From positions 27 to 64,026 of the forward strand of contig JBHOTF010000008.1 in assembly GCA_042584005.1 (NCBI GenBank): a stretch of 64,000 nt of DNA. The letters run 5' to 3'. A program made the position numbers and the translations under genes. Source of the stretch: Bacteroidota bacterium. Lineage in GTDB: Bacteria; Bacteroidota; Bacteroidia; Bacteroidales; JBHOTF01. Below are positions 39,638 through 48,877 of the stretch, piece after piece. The first letter of the stretch is position 1; every line of letters starts with the position of its first letter. The notes beneath the pieces are model-generated. The model saw only the letters and a program-made list of their open reading frames with translations, made no database searches and was not told the origin of the DNA.

Positions 39638-40852
39638 ATGAAGCACATCATAATTCTTGGAGATGGAATGGCTGATTATCCAATAAAAAAGCTTGGAAAT
39701 AAAACAGCTTTAATGGCAGCAAATACACCAAATATCGATGCCCTATGCTCTAAATCAAGATGTGGCAGATTGGTGACTGTACCAGAAGGTATGCCTCCCG
39801 GAAGTGAGATTGCTAATATGGGTGTACTTGGTTATGATGTTAAAAAAGTATATCAGGGACGTGGAGTTCTTGAGGCTGCCAGCATGGGTGTTGAACTGGA
39901 AAAAACTGATCTTGCAATGAGATGCAATCTGATTTGTATTGATAACTCAGGAAAAATAAAAAATCATTCTGCCGGACATATCAGCACAGAAGAATCGCAT
40001 ATATTAATTGATTGTCTGAATGAAAAATTAGGCAGTAAGAATTTTAAATTTCATCCAGGAGTAAGTTACAGGCATCTTTTTGTATTAAAAAACGGAAAAA
40101 ACAATATTAGTTGTACTCCTCCTCATGATGTTCCGGGAACAGCATTTAAGAATGTTCTTATAAAAACAGTTCATGAAGATGAAACTGAAACTGCTGAGCT
40201 ATTAAATAGTCTTATTATAAAATCTCAGGAGATATTGTCAAATCATCCTGTAAATATCGAAAGAATTAAGAATGGTAAAGACCCTGCAAATTCTGTTTGG
40301 TTCTGGTCGCCCGGCAACAAGCCTGAAATGAAATCTTTTCAGGAACAATATGGAATAACCGGAGCTGTAATCTCAGCTGTTGACCTTATTTATGGGATTG
40401 GATATTATGCTGGTTTTAAAGGTATAAAGGTTGAAGGATCAACCGGCTTATATGATACAAATTATGAAGGCAAAGCTAAAGCTGCAGTTGATGCATTAAA
40501 ATATACTGATCTTGTATTTTTACATATTGAAGCCAGTGATGAGGCCGGCCATGAAGGTAATGTTGACTTGAAAATCAAAACAATAGAATATCTCGATCAA
40601 AGAGTAGTAAAATATATTGTTGAAGAAACATCAAAAATGCAGGAAAATGTAGCAATAGCAATATTGCCCGATCATTTTACACCCTGCGATTTACGTACCC
40701 ATACTTCAGAACCTGTCCCCTTCCTTATATATCGTCCTGATAAGGAGCCTGATAAAGTAAGAGAATATAATGAAGAAAGTGTTAAACACGGGCATTTCGG
40801 ACTATTAAAAGGAGATCAGTTCATCAAAGCACTTCTGGATTATAATAATTAG
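39638..40852 (+). CDS. Cofactor-independent phosphoglycerate mutase family protein (ApgM; proposed homoserine-kinase-like)
   Basis: ILGDGMAD, PGSEIAN, GRGVLEA, HIEASDEAGH, LPDHFTP, THT; adjacent to thrC. Confidence 0.85.
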   Translation: MKHIIILGDGMADYPIKKLGNKTALMAANTPNIDALCSKSRCGRLVTVPEGMPPGSEIANMGVLGYDVKKVYQGRGVLEAASMGVELEKTDLAMRCNLICIDNSGKIKNHSAGHISTEESHILIDCLNEKLGSKNFKFHPGVSYRHLFVLKNGKNNISCTPPHDVPGTAFKNVLIKTVHEDETETAELLNSLIIKSQEILSNHPVNIERIKNGKDPANSVWFWSPGNKPEMKSFQEQYGITGAVISAVDLIYGIGYYAGFKGIKVEGSTGLYDTNYEGKAKAAVDALKYTDLVFLHIEASDEAGHEGNVDLKIKTIEYLDQRVVKYIVEETSKMQENVAIAILPDHFTPCDLRTHTSEPVPFLIYRPDKEPDKVREYNEESVKHGHFGLLKGDQFIKALLDYNN

Positions 40853-40961
40853 AAATTTCTTTACGGAAAATAATTTCTATTGTTTATTATTTTCTATTTC
40901 AAATATTTAATAGGATATATATTATCAATATATTTAAATTATTCAAAACTTGTATTATTTC

Positions 40962-40989
40962 AATTAAGTACTTATTTTTGTACTTAATT
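40962..40989 (+). promoter_or_regulatory. Operator-like inverted repeat overlapping the -7 box of the TA operon
   Basis: AATTAAGTAC-ttattttt-GTACTTAATT; TATTTTTG at 40973-40980. Confidence 0.6.
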
Positions 40990-41011
40990 AATAACCTTTA
41001 ATAAATTTATA

Positions 41012-41266
41012 ATGATTGCAGCCAATTTTACAGAATTTAGGACTGAATTAAAAAAGTATCTTGATAATGTGGAGAATAATAATGAAACCTTAATAATTAA
41101 AAGGAAATCTGGTAAGGGTACAGTTATGATCTCTTTGGATGAATATAATTCAATAATGGAAACTGTTCACTTATTGAGTTCAAAAGTTAATGCTGACAGA
41201 CTTTACGAGTCAATTCAACAAATGAGAGATGGAAAAGTGATACAATCTGAATTAATAGAAGAATAA
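41012..41266 (+). CDS. yefM: Phd/YefM family antitoxin
   Basis: NFTEFR..LK.YLD.V, VMISLDEYNSIMET.HLL. Confidence 0.92.
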   Translation: MIAANFTEFRTELKKYLDNVENNNETLIIKRKSGKGTVMISLDEYNSIMETVHLLSSKVNADRLYESIQQMRDGKVIQSELIEE

Positions 41267-41526
41267 TGCGAATTACTTTTTCAAAAAACTCATGGGATGA
41301 TTATGTTTCCTGGCAAAAGAATGACAAAAAAGTATTAAAAAAGATTAATCAATTAATAAAGGATATTCAAAGATCACCCTTCGAAGGAATGGGAAATCCG
41401 GAGCCATTAAAATATGATTTATCAGGTTTTTGGTCGAGAAAGATATATTTAGAACACAGGATTGTTTACCAGGCATTTAACAAGGAAATATTAATATACA
41501 GCTGTAAATACCATTATGACAGATAA
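41266..41526 (+). CDS. yoeB: Txe/YoeB family toxin
   Basis: WDDY..W, GNPEPLKYDLSGFWSR.I..EHRIVY, HY at the C-terminus; coupled to the antitoxin. Confidence 0.92.
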   Translation: MRITFSKNSWDDYVSWQKNDKKVLKKINQLIKDIQRSPFEGMGNPEPLKYDLSGFWSRKIYLEHRIVYQAFNKEILIYSCKYHYDR

Positions 41527-41789
41527 AGAAAAAACATAAATCTATTCAAAGTACTAATAAATATATTGGAGAGCTTTTGCAAATTCAGGCTTGATTTATA
41601 AGTGATTATAAAATATAGTTGTGAGCAGTCAGCTGTCAGCCCTGAGCTGTCTTTATTATTATAGCTATCTATTAATGCGACCCCATTTTTATGTCTTGTA
41701 ACATCTTTATTTTTTTCAGTATTTTCAATAATATTGTAATATTGATCAATCCCTGAATTTTTTTAATTAATTTTCAGGAATCAGTCTAT

Positions 41790-44528
41790 ATGAAATTTAT
41801 TAACCCACTAATAAAACCGGAGGATATTATGACCTTTTTTAAACCTTTTAAGACAGTTATTTTCCTTGCAACAATTTTATTTATTTTTTCAGGAAGGCCA
41901 TGCAGCAGTCAGGTTACAGCACCTGAAGATTATCTGGGATTTAAGCCGGGAGCTGATTTTCATCTTGCTAACTATGAACAGGCAATCGGATATTTTGAAA
42001 AAATTGCGGGCCAGTCAGACCGAATGGTAATGCGTGATATGGGGCCTACTTCTGAAGGAAGAAGAATGAAATATGCAATTATTTCTTCAGAAGAAAATAT
42101 TTCAAAGCTTGATCATTATAAAGAAATAAATAAAAAACTCACTTTATTCAGAGGTGTTTCAAAGGAGGATGCTGAAAAACTAGCCGAAGAAGGAAAAGTT
42201 GTTGTCTGGATCGATTGTGGCTTGCATGCATCAGAAGCCTCACCAGCACAGCACGCAATACAACTGGCATACGATATTGTTACAGATAATGACAGAAGAA
42301 CCAAACTGATAAGAGAGAATGTAATTTTTCTTCTTGTTTTCGCTAACCCTGATGGATTGACAATGGTTTCCGACTGGTATAAAAAAAATGTTGGAACAAA
42401 ATTTGAAACCAGCAGGATGCCGGTACTATATCAGAAATATGCCGGCCATGATAATAACAGAGACTCATTTATTGCCAATCTTCAGGAAATACAAAATATG
42501 AACCGTGTTACATGCCGTGAATGGTTTCCGGAGGTGCTTTACAACCTTCATGAAACAGCACCATTCCCAAGCAGAATATGGTTACCGCCTGAATCAGAAC
42601 CAATGAACCCAAACCTGCATCCTATAATTGTAAGGTGGAAAAACCTTATTGGATCAGCAATGGGAAAAGCTTTTGAAGAGGCAAACCAGCCCGGGGCAAT
42701 TTCCAGAATTAGTTTTGACAGTTGGTATCCGGGCTATGTAACACAATTTGTTGATGGACATAATATACCTTCTATTTTGACTGAAACTGCCAATTTTGGC
42801 TATGCTACTCCACATTATTATACAATTAACGATTTTCCGGAACGATACAGAGATTTAACAAAAGGTGTTTTTTACCCAAATCCCTGGGAAGGTGGCTGGT
42901 GGCGTCTTGGAGATGCTGTTGCATATAATCTTACTGCTTCAAAATCAGTACTTGAAGTAGCTGCTAAATTCAAATATGAATTTTTATATAATAAATGGGA
43001 AATTGCCGGAGATATTATTGAAAAATATAATAATGAACCTCCATATGGTTGGATTATCCCTGTTGAACAAAAGGATGAACACACTACGAATCTTATGATT
43101 GACAGGTGTATATTAAATGGGATTGAGGTATACACTGCAGATAAAGATTTCGAACATAACGGGATAAATTATTCCGAAGGATCATTTATTATTCCAACCT
43201 CTCAGCCTTTTGGACTGTATACAAGAAATATGATGGAAATACAAAAATATCCTGATCTTAAAAAATATTCTCACCTATGGCAGGGTATTGTAGGTACTGC
43301 ACAACTTGGGAAACAACCAATTAGAGCATATGATGGTGCAGGTTGGACATTACCAATTCAAATGGGGGTGAAATATTATGAAATGAGCAAACCACTGGAT
43401 GTTGGAAAAACATTAATAGAAAAAGTCGAACCTGCAGTTGGTAAGCTTATTGGAAATGGATCGGTATATGTTTTCTCACATTCAGATAATGGAAATTTTA
43501 TTGCATTAAATCACATTCTTAAAAATAAAGGAAAAGTAAGCTGTGCATTAGAGGAATTTACTATGTCAGGAAAAAAATATCCTGCAGGAAGCTTTTTAGT
43601 CGACTCTAAAAGTATAAATAAGGATAAACTTAATGAAATTGTTTCTGCAACAGGTGTTAAAATGGTTGGTGGAAAAACAAATGTTAAAACAAAAGCAGTA
43701 AAGAAAAACAGAATTGCATTATACAGATCATGGACAGCCAGCATGGACGCCGGATGGATTTCATACGTTCTCGACTCATATGAATTCCCATATCATCCAC
43801 TTACTGATGCTGAGATCAGAGCAGGAAGTCTGCATAAAAGATTTGATGTGATAATTTTACCCGATCAGGGTGCATCATCTATTATTAATGGTAACTCCAA
43901 AGGCAGTATTCACCCCGACTATGTAGGTGGTATTACAGAAAAAGGAGTCGAAAACCTTATAGAATTTGTTAATAATGGAGGACGACTGGTTTGTAATAGA
44001 AGTTCATGCGACCTGGCTATAAAAGAATTTAGACTTCCATTTAGAAATATTCTTGAGAAGGTGAAATCAGATACTTTTAATTGTCCGGGTTCATTGCTTA
44101 AATTAGAATATAAAACAGATCTACCTCTTGCATTTGGCTTACCAAAAGACGGAATGGTATATTTTTCCAGTTCTAAAGTATTTGAATACGGCAGAGATAC
44201 AGTAACACAAAAACCAAGAGTTGCAAGGGGAAGACCCGAAATAGTTCAGGAAAATCCAAAAACAACCCAGGCGAAAAAAGCAGTTGTTCCGGAAAAGAAA
44301 TATGTACAAGAACTTGCTAAAGTAGAATATAAAGTAGTAGCTGCTTTTCCTGACGAATCACTTTTGATAAGTGGTTTTATTACAGGCGATCAGTTGATAA
44401 GAAAAAAAGCTGCTGTTCTGGATATTGATTATGGAAAAGGAAATGTTGTACTGTTTGGATTTAATGTCCACAACAGAGCCCAATCCTATTTATCGTTTAA
44501 ATTATTGTTCAACTCAATGATAAACTAA
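41790..44528 (+). CDS. Secreted M14 zinc carboxypeptidase with C-terminal GATase-like domain, paralog 1
   Basis: GLHASE, NPDG, HDNNRD, NLHET; FDVIILPD region. Confidence 0.88.
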   Translation: MKFINPLIKPEDIMTFFKPFKTVIFLATILFIFSGRPCSSQVTAPEDYLGFKPGADFHLANYEQAIGYFEKIAGQSDRMVMRDMGPTSEGRRMKYAIISSEENISKLDHYKEINKKLTLFRGVSKEDAEKLAEEGKVVVWIDCGLHASEASPAQHAIQLAYDIVTDNDRRTKLIRENVIFLLVFANPDGLTMVSDWYKKNVGTKFETSRMPVLYQKYAGHDNNRDSFIANLQEIQNMNRVTCREWFPEVLYNLHETAPFPSRIWLPPESEPMNPNLHPIIVRWKNLIGSAMGKAFEEANQPGAISRISFDSWYPGYVTQFVDGHNIPSILTETANFGYATPHYYTINDFPERYRDLTKGVFYPNPWEGGWWRLGDAVAYNLTASKSVLEVAAKFKYEFLYNKWEIAGDIIEKYNNEPPYGWIIPVEQKDEHTTNLMIDRCILNGIEVYTADKDFEHNGINYSEGSFIIPTSQPFGLYTRNMMEIQKYPDLKKYSHLWQGIVGTAQLGKQPIRAYDGAGWTLPIQMGVKYYEMSKPLDVGKTLIEKVEPAVGKLIGNGSVYVFSHSDNGNFIALNHILKNKGKVSCALEEFTMSGKKYPAGSFLVDSKSINKDKLNEIVSATGVKMVGGKTNVKTKAVKKNRIALYRSWTASMDAGWISYVLDSYEFPYHPLTDAEIRAGSLHKRFDVIILPDQGASSIINGNSKGSIHPDYVGGITEKGVENLIEFVNNGGRLVCNRSSCDLAIKEFRLPFRNILEKVKSDTFNCPGSLLKLEYKTDLPLAFGLPKDGMVYFSSSKVFEYGRDTVTQKPRVARGRPEIVQENPKTTQAKKAVVPEKKYVQELAKVEYKVVAAFPDESLLISGFITGDQLIRKKAAVLDIDYGKGNVVLFGFNVHNRAQSYLSFKLLFNSMIN

Positions 44529-44534
44529 AAAACC

Positions 44535-47195
44535 ATGAAGCCATTTAAAACATATATCTTAACAATAATACTTGCTGCTGGTTTTCTTTTTGTATCAAAT
44601 CCATGCATCAGCCAGGTAACTCATCCAACTGATTTTCTCGGATACAAACCCGGAGCAGATTTTCATCTTTCAACATTTGAGGAGCTAATAGCTTACTTTG
44701 AACTTATTGAAACTGAGAGCAATAAAATTAAAGTTTTCGATATGGGGCCTACCAGTGAGGGAAGAAGGATGAAATATGCAATTATTTCATCTTCTGAAAA
44801 TATGGCCAGACTTGATGAGTATAAAGAAATTACAAGAAAATTAAGTTTATCAAAAGGTATTTCTGAAGAAGAAGCAGTAAAACTTGCACAAAAAGGAAAG
44901 GCTATAGTATGGATAGATTCGGGAATACATGCATCAGAAACTTCAGGGCCTATGCATCAATTTCAACTGGTTTATGATCTGATTACAAAGGATGATGATA
45001 AAACAAATTTTATTCTCGATAATGTAATACTATTGCTTGTTTGTGCAAATCCTGATGGTATGACATTGGTTGCTGACTGGTACCTCAATAATGTAGGAAC
45101 AAAATATGAAACAAGCCGCTTACCTGTATTATATCAAAAATATGCCGGACATGATAATAACAGAGATTCATTTATGGCTAATCTTCTTGAAACACAAAAT
45201 ATGAATCGTGTAATTGGTTGTGAATGGTATCCTGAGATTGTTTATTGTCAGCATGAATCAGCTCCATTTCCTGCAAGAATATGGATGCCTCCTAATCCTG
45301 AACCTGTAAATCCTAATCTCCACCCGATTATTACACGATGGAAAAATCTTATCGGTGCGGCTATGGGACAGGGATTTGATGCAGCCGACCAGCCTGGTGC
45401 CCTTTCTCGCACAGCTTTTGATTTATGGTATCCCGGTTATTGTGATGGTCCGAGTGTAGAAGGGCATAATATCCCTTCAATTCTTACTGAAACTGCAAAT
45501 TACAGATATGCCACACCAAATTATTATACAATAAGAGATTTCCCTGAAGCATACAGAGATCTCACTAAGGGAACATTTTATCCCAGTCCGTGGGAAGGTG
45601 GATGGTGGCGAATAGGTGATGCTATTGATTATAATATTACTGCATCAATTTCTGTACTTGACGTTGCAGCAAAATATCGTTATGAATTTTTGTATTGTAA
45701 ATATAAAATGGCCAAAGATGTTATTACTCAATACAAAAATGAAGCTCCCTATGGTTGGATAATTTCACCTGATCAAAAGGACAAACATTCTTTAGCTGTA
45801 ATGATAAACAGATTAACCGGATTTGGTGTTGAGGTTAATAAATCGGAGGAAGCATTCGAACATAATGGAATAAAATATCCTGAAGGTTCGTATATATTCC
45901 CTGTTAGTCAGCCTTTTGGATTATACCTAAAAAATCTGTTTGAAAAACAAAATTATCCTGATCTGAGAAAATACGGACATTTATGGCAGGGCATTTCCGG
46001 AGTAAAAAAATTTGATGGCCCCCCTCTGGCACCTTACGATGGTTGTGGATGGACATTACCAACCCAAATGGGACTCGACTTTCAGGAAATGAGCGAACCA
46101 TTATCGGTTAATCAAAGCCTGGTGAAAGAAATCAAATTAGCTGATGGTTCAATTACAGGCAATGGAAAATATTATATTTTCCCATATTCAGATAATGGTA
46201 GTTTTATTGCCGCAAATCAGATTTTAAAAGAGGGTGGTAAAATAGGACGTGCTTTGAAGGATTTCACCGTAAACGATAAAAAATACTCTAAAGGCACATT
46301 TATTCTCGAATCAAACAGTATTAATAAAAATACTCTGCAGAATATTGCCAAAGAAACTAATATATCATTTGCAGGAGTAAACACAAACATAGAAACTAAG
46401 AAGCTGAAAAAAAACAGGATAGCATTATATAAATCATGGACAGCCAGCATGGATGCCGGTTGGATATCGCTGATACTCGACAGGTACGATTTTCCATATC
46501 ATTTTCTTACTGATGCTGAAGTAAGAACCGGAAATCTTAGCGAACATTATGATATTATTATTCTTCCTGATCAGGGAGCCTCATCTATTATTAATGGCAA
46601 TTCCAAAGGCAGTATTCACCCCGATTATGTTGGCGGAATAACAACAAAGGGAGTTGAAAATATAAAAGAATTTGTGAAACATGGCGGATTATTGATTTGT
46701 AACGAAAACTCATGTGATTTTGCTATAACAGAATTTAAACTTCCTGTAAAAAATGTTCTTGCGAAAGTAAAATCAGATAAATTCAATTGTCCGGGTTCTA
46801 TTGTCAAAATAAATTATGATGATAACAATCCTTTTGCATTCGGTTTAAGCAATAATGGATCAGGTTATTTTTCCAGAAGTATGGCTTTTGAAATTATTCA
46901 GGATAGTGTAAAAACTAAAAAGAAAACTAAAGAAAGCAAATCGGAAAAACCAGTTGAGAAGGAAAAAGTTGAGAAAATCAAAAAAACTGAGAAAGCAAAT
47001 ATAATAGCTTTTTATCCTGATGAATCATTATTAATTAGTGGATGGATGATTGGCGATGAACTTATTCGCAGAAAAAGTGCTATTCTTGATGTTCCTGTTG
47101 AAAAGGGAAATATTCTCCTTTATGGTTTTAACTTTCACAATAGAGTTCAGTCATATTCAACCTTTAAATTATTATTTAATGCACTCTTATATTAA
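44535..47195 (+). CDS. Secreted M14 zinc carboxypeptidase, paralog 2
   Basis: GIHASE, NPDG, HDNNRD, CQHES; colinear with the upstream paralog. Confidence 0.88.
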   Translation: MKPFKTYILTIILAAGFLFVSNPCISQVTHPTDFLGYKPGADFHLSTFEELIAYFELIETESNKIKVFDMGPTSEGRRMKYAIISSSENMARLDEYKEITRKLSLSKGISEEEAVKLAQKGKAIVWIDSGIHASETSGPMHQFQLVYDLITKDDDKTNFILDNVILLLVCANPDGMTLVADWYLNNVGTKYETSRLPVLYQKYAGHDNNRDSFMANLLETQNMNRVIGCEWYPEIVYCQHESAPFPARIWMPPNPEPVNPNLHPIITRWKNLIGAAMGQGFDAADQPGALSRTAFDLWYPGYCDGPSVEGHNIPSILTETANYRYATPNYYTIRDFPEAYRDLTKGTFYPSPWEGGWWRIGDAIDYNITASISVLDVAAKYRYEFLYCKYKMAKDVITQYKNEAPYGWIISPDQKDKHSLAVMINRLTGFGVEVNKSEEAFEHNGIKYPEGSYIFPVSQPFGLYLKNLFEKQNYPDLRKYGHLWQGISGVKKFDGPPLAPYDGCGWTLPTQMGLDFQEMSEPLSVNQSLVKEIKLADGSITGNGKYYIFPYSDNGSFIAANQILKEGGKIGRALKDFTVNDKKYSKGTFILESNSINKNTLQNIAKETNISFAGVNTNIETKKLKKNRIALYKSWTASMDAGWISLILDRYDFPYHFLTDAEVRTGNLSEHYDIIILPDQGASSIINGNSKGSIHPDYVGGITTKGVENIKEFVKHGGLLICNENSCDFAITEFKLPVKNVLAKVKSDKFNCPGSIVKINYDDNNPFAFGLSNNGSGYFSRSMAFEIIQDSVKTKKKTKESKSEKPVEKEKVEKIKKTEKANIIAFYPDESLLISGWMIGDELIRRKSAILDVPVEKGNILLYGFNFHNRVQSYSTFKLLFNALLY

Positions 47196-48828
47196 AAGTC
47201 AGATATATTTATTATTAGTCGCGACCTTGTTTTTAGCTGCTTGTGGCAGTGAGGAAAATAAAGAAAGAAAAGGACTGAAATTTAAAATATCCTTTTCTGA
47301 AGATGCTCATCCTGAGAAAATTACAGGAAGAATATATGCTATCATTACAAAAAGTGATGATAAGGAACCAAGGTTCCAGACCGGCTTTACCGGAGTCCCA
47401 ATTTGGGGAAAAAATATTATTGAACTGGAGCCTGGTAATAAAGCTGTTATTGATAATGAGGTATTCGGATATCCTCTGGAAAGTATTATGGATATTCCGC
47501 CCGGAGATTATTTTGTACAGGCTTTTGTAAATATTTATACAGAGTTTAAACGGTCTGACGGCCATACCATTTGGCTGCATAATGATCAGTGGGAAGGCCA
47601 GCGCTGGAATGTTTCTCCTGGAAACTTATACAGTGAAGTAAAAAAGGTGCATATTGATCCTTCAAAATCAAAAACAATAAAAATTGTATGCGACCAGGTA
47701 ATTCCTCCTGTTGAAATTCCGCCTGACACAAAATATGTTAAACGTATCAAATTCCCCAGTAAAATACTCACAGAATTCTGGGGACAGCCAATTTATCTGG
47801 GAGCAACAATATTATTACCAAAGGGATACGACAAAAATCCTAATAAATATTATCCGGTAAATTATGCTCAGGGGCATTTCTCATTAAGGGCTCCTCATGG
47901 CTTCCGTGAGGGAGATCCAAATTCGGAAAATGAAAGATCAAGAAAAAATTCATCTTTTTATGATTATTGGATGTCTGATGAAGCTCCTGGAATGTTTGCC
48001 ATAACATTTCAGCATCCATGTCCTTATTATGACGATTCGTATGCTGTAAATACTCCAAATGTGGGACCATATGGCGATGCAATTATGCAGGAGCTGATAC
48101 CCTATCTTGAAGAAAATTTCAGAATAATCAATAAACCATACGCCAGATTATTATCAGGTGGTTCAACCGGTGGATGGGAATCGCTGGCCCTGCAGGTTTT
48201 TCATCCTGATTTTTTTGGAGGCACCTGGGTGGGATGCCCCGATCCCGTTGATTTTCGCAGGTTTCAGTTGCAGAATGTTTATGAAGATGAAAACATGTAT
48301 TACACTGAATATGAATGGATGAAAGTGGATATTCCGGAAACAAGATCCACAACCGGGGATATAAAATTTACAATGAAAAACAGATTACATTATGAACTTG
48401 TTATAGGCGATAAAAACCGTTCAGGTATGCAATGGGCCATATGGGAAGCTCTTTATACATCTGTTGGAGATGATGGATATCCAGAGCATACATGGGATTG
48501 GAAAACCGGCAAGCTGGATCATGAGGTAGCCGAACACTGGAAAAAATATGACCTGAGTTATATATTAAGAAATAACTGGGCATCACTGGGTCCCAAACTG
48601 GCCGGAAAAATCCATCTATATGCAGGCGATATGGATAATGCATACCTTAATGTGGCTGTTGAACTGCTTGAAGAATTTCTCCAGAGTACAAAATTTCCTT
48701 ATTATGGAGGAGAAATAAAATATGGCAGAAAAGAAGGCCACTGCTGGATGCCCAGAGGAAAAGAATTGTTCGGGCTCTTTAAAAAACATATCGACAAGTA
48801 TGCGCCGGCAGGTGAAAAACCTTGGTAA
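47179..48828 (+). CDS. Lipoprotein alpha/beta-hydrolase (putative esterase), paralog 2
   Basis: Start MHSYIK at 47179 gives lipobox LAAC; YYDDSYAVN, GGSTGG, GDMD, HCW. Confidence 0.75.
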   Translation: MHSYIKSQIYLLLVATLFLAACGSEENKERKGLKFKISFSEDAHPEKITGRIYAIITKSDDKEPRFQTGFTGVPIWGKNIIELEPGNKAVIDNEVFGYPLESIMDIPPGDYFVQAFVNIYTEFKRSDGHTIWLHNDQWEGQRWNVSPGNLYSEVKKVHIDPSKSKTIKIVCDQVIPPVEIPPDTKYVKRIKFPSKILTEFWGQPIYLGATILLPKGYDKNPNKYYPVNYAQGHFSLRAPHGFREGDPNSENERSRKNSSFYDYWMSDEAPGMFAITFQHPCPYYDDSYAVNTPNVGPYGDAIMQELIPYLEENFRIINKPYARLLSGGSTGGWESLALQVFHPDFFGGTWVGCPDPVDFRRFQLQNVYEDENMYYTEYEWMKVDIPETRSTTGDIKFTMKNRLHYELVIGDKNRSGMQWAIWEALYTSVGDDGYPEHTWDWKTGKLDHEVAEHWKKYDLSYILRNNWASLGPKLAGKIHLYAGDMDNAYLNVAVELLEEFLQSTKFPYYGGEIKYGRKEGHCWMPRGKELFGLFKKHIDKYAPAGEKPW

Positions 48829-48877
48829 TAATGTGGCACTGCAAGTAGATGTATAACAACTAAACTAATACCAAATT

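Noticed and set aside
47050-47178. Long N-terminal extension of hydrolase paralog 2 overlapping the M14 gene
   Set aside because: ATG 47179 gives a normal lipoprotein signal and a short overlap; similar over-extended starts were trimmed at 5585, 7039, 16799 and 20738
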